The notes under the pieces are model-generated. The model made no database searches. It saw only the letters and a list, made by a program, of their open reading frames with translations, and was not told the origin of the DNA. A stretch of 43,087 bases of DNA, from the NCBI RefSeq assembly GCF_004010195.1, contig NC_057750.1, forward strand, positions 9,016,328 to 9,059,414. The letters are read 5' to 3'. The DNA is from Chiloscyllium plagiosum. Its lineage: Eukaryota. Within the stretch, counting starts at the first letter, position 1, and every line of letters begins with the position of its first letter. Position numbers and translations under genes: made by a program. Positions 1-12,109 of the stretch are shown here, piece after piece.

Positions 1-339
1 ATTATGGGAATGGTGGGGGCAGGGTGGTGAAGTGGGGATAGGTGAAGACAGGTAGAGGGTATGACCTGGTTGGTCACTGGGAGGAATGAATCCAGTTGGG
101 GGCAGGGAGGAGGAGGCAGGTTCAGTGGAGGCATTCAAGAGGGGCATTAGGTTATTTAGATAGAGATGGGGTGCAGGGATATGGGGAAAAGGCAGCACTA
201 GGGGATAGAATAGGAGCAGCCACAAATGGCCTTCTTTTGTACCACAACAATTCGGTGATTTATTGTAAGGCAGTGTGTTGTGGTAATGTCACTGGGTTGG
301 TAATCCAAAGCCCCAGGCTAATACTGTGGGAGGCTCATC

Positions 340-1046
340 CATGCACTGGAGCTCAGGGTGTTTGAGGACAACAACAGGTCTGAGATGAAGCTGATGGTTT
401 ACAGAGCTGTGCTGGTTCCCGCTCTCCTGTATGGCTCTGAGACGTGGTCTGTTTACTGCTGGGACCTCCAGGCAGTGGGGCAGTCCTCCCAATGCTGCTG
501 GTGCAACACTCTGCGAATCTGCTGGGAAGACAGACACACCAACACCAGCCCCCATGACCAGGCCCAGATTTGAGGCACTGACCCCCCACTCCCACTCCCC
601 GATCGGCTGCGATGGGCTGGGCACACCGTCCCCATGACCGACACGAGACTCCCCCAGCGGGTGCTCTACTCCCAGCTCCCAAACGGCAGGCCAGCCCCAG
701 GTGGGACAGAGGGAGCGCCTCAGGGATACCCTCAAGGCCTCACTGGGCCGAGTGCGGCCTTCCCACAGACACCTGGGAATCACTGGGCCGAGACCGTCCA
801 CAGTGGAGGAGAGGCATCCGGGAAGGCGTGGAGCACCTGGAGACTCGCTGTCGGGAAGAAGTGGAAGCCGGGCAAAAGGAATGTGCTGCCTCACCAACGC
901 CCCACCCACCCCCTTCCTGTGACCACTTCCTGCCCCCAGTGTAACAGAGCCTGCGGTAGGCCCATCGGTCTGTACGCCTACAGACTCACCCTGAGAGTGG
1001 GAGAGAGTCATCCTCGACTGTGAGGGACCACCGATGATGGTGATGC
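340..1046 (+). mobile_element. RTE-clade LINE, degraded 3' fragment
   Basis: Frameshifted peptides KLMVYRAVLVPALLYGSETW, DTRLPQRVLYSQL, GQRERLRDTLKASL, a C-terminal CPQC motif, and a (GAT)n-like tail. These are typical RTE ORF C-terminal features. Confidence 0.85.
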
Positions 1047-1964
1047 TGTCACCATGGCAACTCAAAAATCTGGAAATGAAAACTACTTTCCGTGACAATG
1101 ACCATGACATGATTGTTGACTGTTGTAAAAACCCATCTGGTTCACTAATTCCCTTTAGAGAAGGAAGCCTGTCATCCTTACTTGGTCTGGACCTACACGT
1201 GACTCCAAACCACAATGTGACACAGTTGACTCTTGACTTCTCTCTGAAATGTCCAAGTTCCATGGGAATTGTGGGTAATAACCATTGGGCTTTGCTGGAG
1301 ACGCCATGGAAGAATGAGAAGAGATCTGATCAAAGTTTTTAAAGATTCTGTTATTTACTAACATGTAGATAAGAATGTTTGTCTAGTATCGGAACTGGGA
1401 TCATCAGTCCAGCTTGTTTCGCTCTGTCTGCCTCTTCTCATTTCTTGGCAGCCTGCATTCCAAATCGTTCCAAGTCCAGCTCACATGTTAGACCATAAAA
1501 CACAGTAGCTGATGCAGGCCGTTCAGCCCATCGAGTTTGCACTGCAAATCGAGGCCGATCCTCAAAACTCTACTTTCCTGCCTTTTTGCCATAACTTCTT
1601 GCTGTTCAAAAATCTACCTCTGCCTTAGAGCTGTTGGTCACTGACCTATGCTGTTTCCCAGCCCAACAACATCTTGGTTTCATACGAAACATCCTTAGTT
1701 CTGGACGTCCGTGGCAACGCTCTCTTCCGATCTCTGTAATATCCTGCACCCATCCCCGAAAATCTCTGCGCCCCTCCAATTTGGCCCTTTAATCCGGCCT
1801 CTGATCACTCTAAAATTGGTGACCACGGACTCAGCTGCCTGGGTCATAAGCTCTCAACGTCTCTCCTTAAACCTCTCCGCCTCTCTTTCTCTCCTCTCCA
1901 TTCAGGCCTCTCTGGGCTAGTGATCATTCATGTACCTGATGGCTTGATCCGGGAGTTTTAATGA

Positions 1965-2772
1965 AGATCGGTGGAGTAGCAGAAAGCACAGGCGACTGTC
2001 AAAGAATACCGGAGAATATAGATGGCCTGGAGAGTTGGGCGGAGAAGTGGCAGATGTAGTTCAATCCAAGCAGATGTGAGGAGATGCATTTTGGGAAGTC
2101 TAATTCTAGAGCAAACTATATTGTAAACAGAAGAGCCTTGGGGAAAGTTGATGGGCAGAGAGATCTGGGAGTTCAGGTCCATTGTACCCTGAAGGTGGCT
2201 GCACAGGTGGATAGAGTGGTCAAGAATGAAAATGTGTTGCTGGAAAAGCGCAGCAGGTCAGGCAGCATCTAGGGAACAGGAGAATCGACGTTTCAGGCAT
2301 TAGCCCTTCTTCAGGAGGGCTTCTTCTGGTCCTGAAGAAGGGCTAATGCCTGAAACGTCAATTCTCCTGTTCCCTAGATGCTGCCTGATCTGCTGCGCTT
2401 TTCCAGCAACACATTTCCATCTCTGATCTCCAGCATCTGCAGACCTCACTTTCTCCTCAGAGTGGTCAAGAAGGCATATGGTATGCTTGCCTTCATCGGA
2501 TGGGGTATTGAGTATCAGAGTTGGCAGGTCATGTTAAAATTGTACAAGACCTTGTTTCAGCTGCATTTAGAATACTGTGTACAGTTCTAGAGGCAGGCAC
2601 GGTAGATTCATTTAAGATGCATCTGGACAGATGCATGAATAGATGGGGAGCAGAGGGATAAAGATGCTTAAGAACTGGGCAACAGATTTAGACAGCAGAC
2701 TTGGATCAGCTCAGGTTTGGAGGGCCGAAGGGCCTGTTCCTGGGCTGTAAATTTTCTTTGTTCTTTGTTTGT
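1965..2772 (+). mobile_element. CR1 LINE 3' fragment interrupted by a fold-back insertion
   Basis: MHFGKSN...RDLGVQVH...QVDRVVK | KAYGMLAFIGWGIEY...HLEYCVQF. CR1-type 3' end with a ttctttg repeat tail. Confidence 0.85.
2227..2458 (+). mobile_element. Fold-back Penelope-like non-autonomous element with hammerhead motifs
   Basis: ~90-bp inverted arms. 14-bp TSD AGAGTGGTCAAGAA (2213-2226 and 2459-2472). CTGAAGA-A-GGGCtaatGCCT-GAAACGTC in each arm. Confidence 0.8.
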
Positions 2773-3214
2773 TAACCATGTCGAAGGTGCTACTTGAATG
2801 CAGGTTTCTGTCGTTGCAGCCAACAGGATCGTTCTCAGCACGTGTTTAAAATAAAGGGGTCACTTCCAACAAGCCCCATTAACCCACATTAAGATTCAAG
2901 GTTTTATTTAAGCGACATCCTCTGGGGGGGGGAGCGGAGATGGGACTTGAACCGAGATCACCTGGCCCAGTGGTAGGGACACAGCCATTCTACCACAAAC
3001 CCCCATCCAAGATTGTGCTCCCTCAATGATTAGGTTGGACAGAAGACACACAAAATGAGCGAGAGAAGGCTATTTTGACTCCTTTTCTGCTGTCCAATAA
3101 GACCATGGTTGATCTTTGACCTCAATTTAGTTTACCCCTCGGGAGAAGCTTGGGGTTTCAAATAAACCTGCTGGACCATATCCTGGGGTTGTGTGACTTT
3201 GTCCAACACCAGTA

Positions 3215-3375
3215 CCCCCACATCTTCGGATGGTGGGAGGAAACCAGAGCATCCCTGCGCAGACACGGGGAGAATGTGCAAACTCTACAGAGACAATCCC
3301 CCAAGGCTAGAATCGAACCTGGGTCCCTGGCGCTGTGAGGCAGCAGTGCTAACCACTGAGCCACCGTGCCACCCA
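3215..3375 (-). mobile_element. HE1-like tRNA-derived SINE (5' part)
   Basis: Minus strand ggtggcacggtggctcagtggttagcactgctgcctcacagcgccagggacccaggttcgattc, with Pol III A/B boxes. Confidence 0.85.
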
Positions 3376-3845
3376 TGTGAACTAATGGCCAGACATTATT
3401 GTTGTTAGAGGTATAACAATTGCCCAGAATTCCCCTTTATCTTCTTTGAAATGGTACCATCGACTGTATGGGGGAATTCACCCAATGTACTGTAGACAGG
3501 AGTGTTGTAGCAAATAGCCCATATTTACAGATAATAATAGTCTTGGCCACCACAATGGCGAGATTGAAATTGGGGACCCCCAAGAGACCTCAGAGGGCTG
3601 TAGCTCTGGGCCATGTCATTAAAAATAGATCAGGGCGTGTGAGGCTACTGAGGGATTGTAAGGTAAATTTGCCCTACTCCCATTCTCGCATTTGAAAGGG
3701 GGATTGGCCATGGTAAATTTCCCCATAGTGTCCAGGGGTGTGCAGGCTAGATGGGTTAGCCATGAGAAATGCAGGGTGACAGAGATACTGCGAGAGGTGG
3801 GTGTTGGGTCTGATTGGATTGTTCTTCAGAGGGTCAGTGCAGACG

Positions 3846-4115
3846 TCATAGAGTGATACAGCACGGAAACTGGCCCTTCGGTCCAACCAGTCCATGTTGA
3901 CCATAATCCCAAACTAGACCAGTCCCACCTGCCTGCTCCTGGCCCATATCCCTCCAAACCTTTTCTATTCATGAAAATATCCAAATGTCTCTTCAATGTT
4001 GTAACTGTACCCGCATCCACCACTTGCTCTGGAAGTTCAGTCCACACACGAACCACACTCTGTGTAAAAAAGTTGACCCTCATGTCTTTTTTAAATCTTT
4101 CACCTCTCAACTTAA
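3846..4115 (-). mobile_element. CR1 LINE 3' end
   Basis: RGERFKKDMRVNFFTQSVVRVWTELPEQVVDAGTVTTLKRHLD, plus a CR1 3'UTR. Confidence 0.85.
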
Positions 4116-4179
4116 AACTAGTCTTGAAGAGGCCTCGCAGTGCAGGTTAATAGCTCCTTTAAAGTGGAGTCTCAGGTAT

Positions 4180-4672
4180 TCAGGATAGAGAAGAAGGCAT
4201 TTGGTCTGCTGGCCTTTAAAGGTCAGAGCATTGAATATTGGAGTTGGGAGGTTAGGCTGCAGCTGTAAAGAACATTGGTTAGGCCACCTTTGGAATACTG
4301 TGTTCTATATTGGTCTTCCTGCTATTGGAAGGATGTTGTGAAAATTGAAAGGGTTCAGAAAAGAGTTGCAAGGATGTTGCTGGGGTTGGAGGGTTTGAGA
4401 GACAGGGAGAGGCTGAATAGGCTGGGGCTGTTTTCCCTGGACCATTGGAGGCTGAGCGGTGACCTTGTAGAGGTTTATAAAACCATGAGGAGCATGGATA
4501 GGGTGAATAGTCAAAGTCTTTTCCCCAGAGTTGGGGAGTCCAAAACTAGAGGCCATAGGTATAAGGTAAGAGGGAAAGGATTTAAAAGGGACGTATGGGA
4601 CAACTTTTTCATACAGAGGGTGTTACGTGTATGGAAAGAACTGCCGGAGGAAGTGGTGGAGGCTGGTATAAT
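4180..4672 (+). mobile_element. CR1 LINE ORF2 C-terminal fragment
   Basis: VRPPLEYCV...ERVQKRVARML...ERLNRLGLFSL...SKTRGH...NFFIQRVLRVWKELPEEVVEAG. Confidence 0.85.
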
Positions 4673-5571
4673 TGCCTGGTCTCAATTAGCATCATGAAAC
4701 CTGGTTATTGTTAGAGACAGTTTTTTAAAAAAATTAAATGCTTGGTGAAATGTGGAGACTGCTCTCTAAATGCTGACACCATCTAACCAGAGGGGGTATG
4801 CACATTTCCTGAGACCTATCAACAGCCTCTGTAATTACAGAAACTGGACAAATAGGGAATGAAGGGCTATTTTATATCCCCTCTCCCAAAATAGTAGCCA
4901 ATTGAGAGTCCCCAGTCACCATCATCACTGCAAAGCACAGGGACTGTAGAAACACTCCGGTTTAGGCTGAAGTTAAAGAACAAAAGCTCATGTTTGTTTA
5001 ATGATAAAAAAGTAAGCCATAAATCAGACAGATAACGTGTGACAGGCAGAAGTGAGTCACTCGCTCTGAAGTGGCTTAACCTGCTGGCCTAGCTTGATTT
5101 ATGAGTTTTCAGGGTGGATCCCAGCACTGTCACTTGCCTGGTGTAGACAAGAGGTGGAAAGCGACTCAGTCTTAAAACTCTGCAACAACTACCCTGTGTA
5201 TACCCTTCATTCTCCGATTCCCCATTCCCCCCAACCCCTTTGCACCCAAACTCCAAGCCATTGTCACATCCCCTTGACCACACTCCCAGAATCCCCTCCT
5301 CCACAACCTCTGACCCATTCCTCGGCCAGAGAAACGCCACACAGTGGGACAGCCTAAACTTGCGTTGACGTAGCACCTCAGGGTTGCACTCAGGGGATGT
5401 TTCGTGGAAGGTGACAGCTGTTATGGCGAGGGGGATACAGCAATCCATTTGCACACAGCCGGGAATGAGATACAGACCAGATCATGTGCTTTTTCACATG
5501 TGTCATTTTGGTCAGGGGATTAATACTGACTGGCTGGGAGACCAGCCACCTTTGAATGTTACTGTGGGATG

Positions 5572-5930
5572 TTTTATCTTCATAGAATCCCTACAAGGTG
5601 GAAACAGGCCATTTGGCCCAACAAGTCCACACTGACTCTCCGAACAGTAACCCACCCAGACCCATTCCCTTATCCTATTACTCTAGAGTTACCCCTGAGG
5701 GATGCACCTAACTTACACATCCCTGAACACTATGGGGCAATTTAGCACGGCCAATCCACCCTAACCTACACATCTTTGGATTGTGGGAGGAAACCGGAGC
5801 ACCGGGAGGAAGCTCACACTGCACAAGGAGAATGTACAAATTCCACACAGACTCCACTGAAGGTGGAATCGAACCCGGGTCCCTGTCGCTGTGAGACAGC
5901 AGTGCTAACCACTGAGCCACCGTGCCACCC
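5572..5930 (-). mobile_element. HE1-like SINE, near full length
   Basis: tRNA-like head at 5930-5860, body ccaaagatgtgtaggttag, and CR1-derived tail ggcctgtttccaccttgtagggattctatg. Confidence 0.85.
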
Positions 5931-6279
5931 CTTCTCAGCCTGAGAGGGGAGACTTTGCCCAATGGTCTGCTGAGATGTGGCCCACCCCCCTCGGGTAAGC
6001 TCCAGGTTAGATTGGCACCTAAAGTGGAGTGGCACATTTAACCTCCCAGCTCTGAGACAGGAGTGCTACTGACAGAGCTAAAGTCCACCCACATGACTGT
6101 GCCACCTACAAGCATGGCACAGCTAACCTCGATGATGAGACTGTTGACTTTGGGCAGAGGTAGGGGCGCTGGGAGTGATGGCATAGGGGAGATAACTTTA
6201 ATATTGGTATACTGGAGTGAATGGCTTTCTGTACGAGTGTGAGTCACTCAAGGTTCACCCATCCTGATGCTGTTTCCAT

Positions 6280-6905
6280 AAAAGGGACCTAAGGGAGCAA
6301 CTTGTTTCACACAGAGGGTGGTGCATGTATGGAACGAGCTGCCAAAGGAAGTGATGGAGGCTGATCACAATTACAGCATTTAAAAGGCATTTTGGATAAA
6401 AACATGAGTAGGAAATGTTTTGAAGGGATATGGGTCAAACACAAGCAAATGGGACTTAATTAATTTAGCATGGATGAGTTGGACTGAAGGGTCTGTTTCC
6501 GTGCGGCACATCTCTAAGCTTTCCAACAGGGGTTATCAAGAAAGGCCAGATAGGCTGGGACTTTTTTCCCTGGAGTGTAGGAGGCTGAGAGGCGATCTGA
6601 TAGAAGTTTATAAAATAATGAGAGGTATAGATCGAGTTTTCTTTTCCCTGTGGTGGATGATTTCAAGACTGGGCGGGGGCACATTATTAAGGTGAGAGGG
6701 GAAAGATTAAAAACAACGTGAGGGACAAGTATTTTAGGTAGAGGGTGGTTCACGTGTGGAATGAATTTCCAGAGGAAGTGGTGGATGCAGGTGTAGTTAC
6801 AACGTTTAAGAGACATTTGAATAAGTACATGATATGGGCCAGAAGCAGGCAGGTGGGACTGGTTTAGCTTTGGATTATGGTTAGCACGGACTGGTTGGGC
6901 CGAAT
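6280..6905 (+). mobile_element. Two adjacent CR1 3' fragments
   Basis: CR1 3' segment (6280-6515), followed by DRLGLFSLECRRLRGDLIEVYKIMRGIDR and a 3'UTR. Confidence 0.8.
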
Positions 6906-7364
6906 GGCACGTGTGAGTCTGAGGATTTGCCCCTTTGGAAAATCGGAGAAGTGCAAGAAATTTCAGCACGGTGACGGGACAAAGGATCTGGGGGAACTGA
7001 AGGGGTTAACAGGCTGGGATTGTGAGTTGAATGTTCGGCTGACGGCGGCAATGCAAGTCTGGCGAACTGGGGAAGGCATGATGTAATGCATTGGCAGGAT
7101 GAATGACCTTCGTACCAGGAGGAGAAGTAACTGCAGCTGATGAGGATTTGAGCTTCACGGTTGTTAAGTTTTAAAGAGGCAGGTCCAAGCAGAGAGGCAT
7201 TGTCAGTGTTGTCGCTGGGCTTAGAATTCAGAGGAATCTCGATCTGGGGGGGGGGGGGGGGGGGTGTTGTTACAGAACAAGGGATTGCTCATTTAAAACT
7301 GAGATATGAAGGAATTCCTTCTCCCAGAGAGTCACGGAGGTCTGGAACCCTGTACCCCAGTGGC

Positions 7365-8060
7365 TCTGGGTGGGAACGTGGTTCAGTGCTTGGCACTGCT
7401 GCCTCGCAGCACCTGGGGCCCAATCCCACCCTCGGGCGACTGTGTATGTGGAGTTTGCACATTCTCCCTGTGTCTGTGTGGGTTTCCTCCGGGTGCTCTG
7501 GTTTCCTCCCACAGTCCAAAGATGTGCAGGTTAGGGTGGATTGGCAATACTAACTTACCCATAGTGCCCAAGGATGTGCAGGTTAAGGTGGAGTGACCAT
7601 GAGAAATTATCCATAGTGCCCAGGGATGTGCAGATTATGGTGGATTGGCCATTGGAAATTATCCATAGTGCCCAGGGATGTGCTGGTTAGGGTGGATTGG
7701 CCATGGGAAATTATCCATAGTGCCCAGGGATGTGCAGGTTAGGTGGACTGGCCATGGGAAATTATTCATAGTGCCCAGGGATGTGCAGGTTATGGTGGAT
7801 TGGCCATGATAAATTACCCATAGTGCCTAGCAATGCACAGATTAGGTGGTTTGGCTATACTAAATTACCCATAGCGCCCAGGGATGTGTAGTTAGGTGGA
7901 TTGGCCATACTAAATTACCCATAGTGCCCAGGGATGTACAGGCTAGTTCGATTAGCTGTGGGGAATGGAACAGGGGGTGTTGGCATATCTGGGTAGGATG
8001 CTGTCCAGAGGTTGGCGCAGACTCGATGGACTGAATGGCCTTTTCTGTAGGGATTCTATG
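7365..8060 (+). mobile_element. HE1-like SINE with internal tandem expansion
   Basis: SINE head at ~7370, about 8.5 copies of a ~51-52 bp unit (7519-7955), then the normal tail ending gggattctatg. Confidence 0.85.
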
Positions 8061-8519
8061 TGGTGGAGGCTATATCAATGAAACTATGTAAATGGGAGGT
8101 AAAAAGATTTTTGAATTATCAGGAAATTCATGGCAACGTTGAGCTGGTGTGAAAGAGGGATGGAGGCCAGGGGCAGATCAGTTCTGGCTTCATTGAGTGA
8201 CAGGTAACCTTGAAAGGGCAGAATGGTCTCCTCCTTTTCCTATTACTTGTGCTCTTCCCCCTCTGAAAACATGCGCAGCAGCGAGAGGAATTTAAAATCA
8301 ATTAAATGTGGAATCGAGGAGGGGGAGATTGTGTGTGGCATAGTGGTAGTGTCCAACCTCTGAGCCAGGATTCGAGTCCCACCTGCTCCAGAGGTGTGTA
8401 ATAACATCTCTGAATGAGAAGGAAAGTATCGATCTATAACTGGGTCCTTCCAGGCCTTCAGATTTAAATAAAGCACACGTCAGTTGGAAAAATCTAATCT
8501 GATTGTCACGGTTACTATT

Positions 8520-9095
8520 ATAGAATCATGGAGATGTACAGCACAGAAACAGACTCGTCAATCCAGCTCGTCCATACTGACCAGGTATCCTAACCTAACC
8601 CAGTCCCATTTGCCAGTGCTTGGCCCACATCCCTCTAAACCCTTCCTATTTACGTATCCATCCAGGTACCTTTTAAATGTTGGGGGTTGAGAGTGTGGTG
8701 CTGGAAAAGCACAGCAGGTCAGGCAGCATCCGAGGAGCAGGAGAATCGACCTTTTGACCAGGAATTCATCCGGACTATGCCTGAAACATCGATTCTCCTG
8801 CTCCTCGGATGCTACCTGACCGGCTGTGCTTTTCCAGCAACACACTCTCGACTCTGAGCTCCAGCATCTGCAATCCTCCTGCTCCTTGAGTCATCTGATG
8901 GAGTTCGGCCTGTGCGGAGGAGATTACTTTCTGGGAGTTCCACTCCTGGGCCCTCGCTCAGGCACAGCAGCCAGAGCAGAGAGTGAGGCAGGTTTCAGTC
9001 TGGGCCCGTCAGAGACAAGTCAAGGGGGGCCTTTCCAATGCTGTAATTATACCAGTCTCCGCCACTTCCTCTGGCAGCTCATTCCATACATCTAT
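8520..9095 (-). mobile_element. CR1 3' fragment split by a composite insertion (8683-9029)
   Basis: CR1 3'UTR reverse complement at 8520-8682 resumes at 9030 (aatgctgtaattataccag...ggcagctcattcc). Confidence 0.75.
8683..8883 (+). mobile_element. Fold-back Penelope-like element (degenerate hammerhead cores)
   Basis: Arm gagagtgtggtgctggaaaagcacagcaggtcagg... and its reverse complement. Same family as 2227-2458. Confidence 0.75.
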
Positions 9096-9775
9096 CAGTA
9101 AAACCCCATTTGGTTCCCTAATCCTGCCTTTAGGGAGAGGAAATCTCCCACCGTTACCTGGTCTGGCCTACACGTGACTCCAGACCCACAATGATGCGGT
9201 TGACTCCAAAATGCCACTGGATTCAAGGGACAATTAGGGACAGGCCTTGCCCAATGAAGGCCATCCCCCCCCCACCGACAGGATAAAAATAAACTCCCTC
9301 ACTGCACCTCCAACCCACCCACACCCCCAGTTACGCTGGAGCTAACAGGCGAATCTCCCAGTTAGCCCTCCTAGCCCAAACCAGAACTAAAAACAAAAAT
9401 CATGTTGCTCAACATTTCCGTTTCTTGCTTTGTGCTGCGAGCTATTTGGCCAGGTGGGCCGGTTCAAAGGTGAGCAACCGTGCGACAAAATCTCCAGGAA
9501 TAGACGTCTAACCAAATGGGAACCGAGAATTCTGCCTGACTGCTTTCATTTCCTCTCTCACCTCCCGTCTACTTGCACTAGTGACCGAGATCAGCTAGCT
9601 CAGTGCAGGCTGGAAGGGGTTAACATTTTCCCCCCTTGACTTGTCTCTGACGGGCCCAGACTGAAACCTGCCTCGCTCTCTGCTCTGGCTGCTGTGCCTG
9701 AGTGAGGGCCCAGGAGTGGAACTCCCAGAAAGTAATCTCCTCCGCACAGGCCAAACTCCATCAGATGACTCAAGG
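8884..9775. repeat. 146-bp inverted duplication (8884-9029 and 9630-9775)
   Basis: Arms are reverse complements with 3 mismatches by manual alignment, separated by a 600-bp spacer. Confidence 0.9.
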
Positions 9776-10006
9776 TAAACTCCTTCAGATGACTCAGCGG
9801 TATCAGCCAGCAATTCCCTTGGGACAGGTCCCAGGCCTAAGCAGTGATTGCAGGGGGAAGGAAAGGCAAGTCCTAGAGAGAGAGAAAAAAAAGTTACCTG
9901 GGCAGCCTTTCCTGTTTACCTAAGATGGTGCAGGGAGAGGCTACACTTTTCACTGCACTCATTTGACAATAAAGCTAATTCCCATTCCAGTTCCAATACT
10001 AATTCC

Positions 10007-10214
10007 AGGAGAAAGTGAGGACTGCAGATGTTGTAGATCGGAGTCGAAGAGTGTGGTGCTGGAAAAGCACAGCCAGTCAGGCGGCATCCGAGGAGCAGGA
10101 GAATTGACGCTTCAGGCATAATCCCGATGAATTCCTGATGAAGGGCTTATGCCTGAAATGTCGATTCTCCTGCTCCTCGGATGCTGCCTGGCCAGCGCCA
10201 CTCTCTTCGACTCT
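10007..10214 (-). mobile_element. Fold-back Penelope-like element
   Basis: ggagaaagtgaggactgcagatg... arm plus an inverted arm containing CTGATGA-A-GGGCttatGCCT-GAAATGTC at 10135-10162. Confidence 0.75.
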
Positions 10215-10904
10215 AATTCTAATCCCAATTCTAATTGTAAACTCGTGTGCATCATCCCTGTCACCCAAAAGCCTGTCCACCATCAACAAGGCACACCTCA
10301 GGAGTGTGATGAAATACTTCCCATTTGTCTGGTTTGAGCTATAGGGAGAGGTTAAATAGGCTGGGGCTGTTTTCCCTGGAGTGTCGGAGGCTGAGGGGCG
10401 ACCTTATGGAGGCTTATAAAATCATGAGGGGCATGGATGGGGTAAACAGACAAGGTCTTTTCCCTGGGCACACGCACTCGTATGTATCTAGTGATTGTAT
10501 GCATGCTATGTAAACGTGTTTCTGGGTATGTGTTGCACGTGTGTGTCTGTGTACGTATTACATGTGCGCACCTGAGTTTTGCTTGTAACAATATCAAAAA
10601 ATTGCTGGAGAAACTCAGCAGGTTCTGGAAAGAGAGCTGTATTAACATCTTGGGTCCAGAGACTCTTCACCAGAGTTTTGTCTGTGTTGTGTGTACGTGC
10701 ATCTGGGTCATGTGCGTCCATTTTCTTATTGACTTTCAGGATGTGGGTGTCGCTGGCTGGGCCCAGCATTTATCGCCAGTCCTTAGTTGCCCCTTGAAAA
10801 GTTGCCTTCTCAAACTGGTGCAGAGCATGGGACTGCTCTTTCCATGGACCCAGCAGATTACAGGTCAGAGATCCACTGCTGAAGATCAGAGATGGAGTGG
10901 AGGG

Positions 10905-11430
10905 TGGGGGTGGTTGAGTTACAAGGAGAGGCTGGGTAGGCTGGGACTTCTTTCCCTTTAGCATTGGGAGGTGGAGGGGTGACCTCATAGAGGTTTCTAA
11001 AATCATGAGGGGCATGAATAATGTGAACAGCCGAGGTCTTTTCCCCAGGGTAGGGGAGTCCAGAACTAGAGGGTATGGTCATATAGTTTGGAAACAGACT
11101 CTTTGGTCCAAATAGTCCACTCTGACCATTAAGGTGAGAGGGGAAAGATTTAAATGGGATCCAAGGGGTAATGTTTTTTGACGTGTACTGTGCTGTAATA
11201 TTCTATGTACATGGGAGGTAGCAAGTGTATGGGATGAACTGCCAGAGGAAGTGGTAGATGTAGGTACAGTTACAATATTCCAAAGACATTTGGACAGATA
11301 CATGAATAGGAAGGGTTTAAAGTGATATGGGCCAAGTGTTGGCAAATGGGACTAGATAAATTTAGGATATCTGGTCAGCATGGGAGGAGTTGGGCCGAAG
11401 GGTCCATTACTGTGTTGTAAAACTCTACAA
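10905..11430 (+). mobile_element. CR1 3' fragment
   Basis: LSYKERLGRLGL... through the 3'UTR ggcaaatgggactag...gggccgaagggtc. Confidence 0.8.
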
Positions 11431-11576
11431 ATAATTCTGGTACTCCCAGCGCGCACGCAGATGGGAGAGAGCCTGCCGCTCGTAGCTGGGTGTGAAAGTT
11501 CCTGTTTTCTACATTACAACAGTAACTGCCCTTATGGCAGAACCTTGGAATACCCACAGGCTGTGCTCAGGTCAGT

Positions 11577-11795
11577 GGGTGGCACAGTGGTTAGCACCGC
11601 TGCCTCACAGCGCCAGGGACTCTGCCTCAATTCCAGGTGACTGTGTGGAGTTTGCATGTTCTCCCTGAGTCTGTGTGGGTTTGCTTCCATAATCCAAAGA
11701 TGTACAGGTTAGGTAAACTGCCCATGCTGTCCAGGGAGAGGGTGGGATGCTCTTCGGAGGGTCGCTGTGGGCTTGCATCCACACTGTAGGGATCC
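11577..11795 (+). mobile_element. HE1-like SINE, internally deleted
   Basis: gggtggcacagtggttagcaccgctgcctcacagcgccagggac head, plus body and tail remnants. Confidence 0.8.
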
Positions 11796-12103
11796 GAAAG
11801 GTGTAGGAAGGGGTAGGAGGCCTCAAAGAGCTGTGTACGCTGGTCTGCCTCTCTGTCATTTGGAGAACAGTGGCCACTGTAATTAATTGGTTGCAAAATG
11901 CTTCAAGAATTCACGGCGCTATAGAAACACACGTCCTAGTTTTTTTGTAAAGCTGCCCACACTGTGTGAGACGGTGACCATCTCTCCCACTGTGAGAACA
12001 GGTACAAGAATGCATGCGTGTGAGAGTGCGAGAGAGAGAGAGAGACACACACACACTAAAACAGATAACAGGTGAAACACTCTCTTCAAAAACATTTTTC
12101 CTT

Positions 12104-12109
12104 TTTATT
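12104..12109 (-). terminator. Candidate polyadenylation signal of the RhoU/V-like gene (~3.5 kb 3'UTR)
   Basis: First AATAAA I found on the minus strand after the stop codon. It is followed by a GU-rich tract (tgttatctgttttagtgtgtgtg). Confidence 0.4.

Noticed and set aside
289..1263. 324-aa minus-strand ORF
   Set aside because: Antisense to a GC-rich RTE LINE fragment and runs into another repeat. No protein features.
5860..5930. tRNA-like sequences with A/B boxes (many copies)
   Set aside because: These are SINE heads continuing into SINE bodies, not complete tRNA genes.
7519..7955. CRISPR-like periodicity (also 26875-27232 and 28847-29240)
   Set aside because: Head-to-tail tandem units without unique spacers, in vertebrate DNA with no cas genes.
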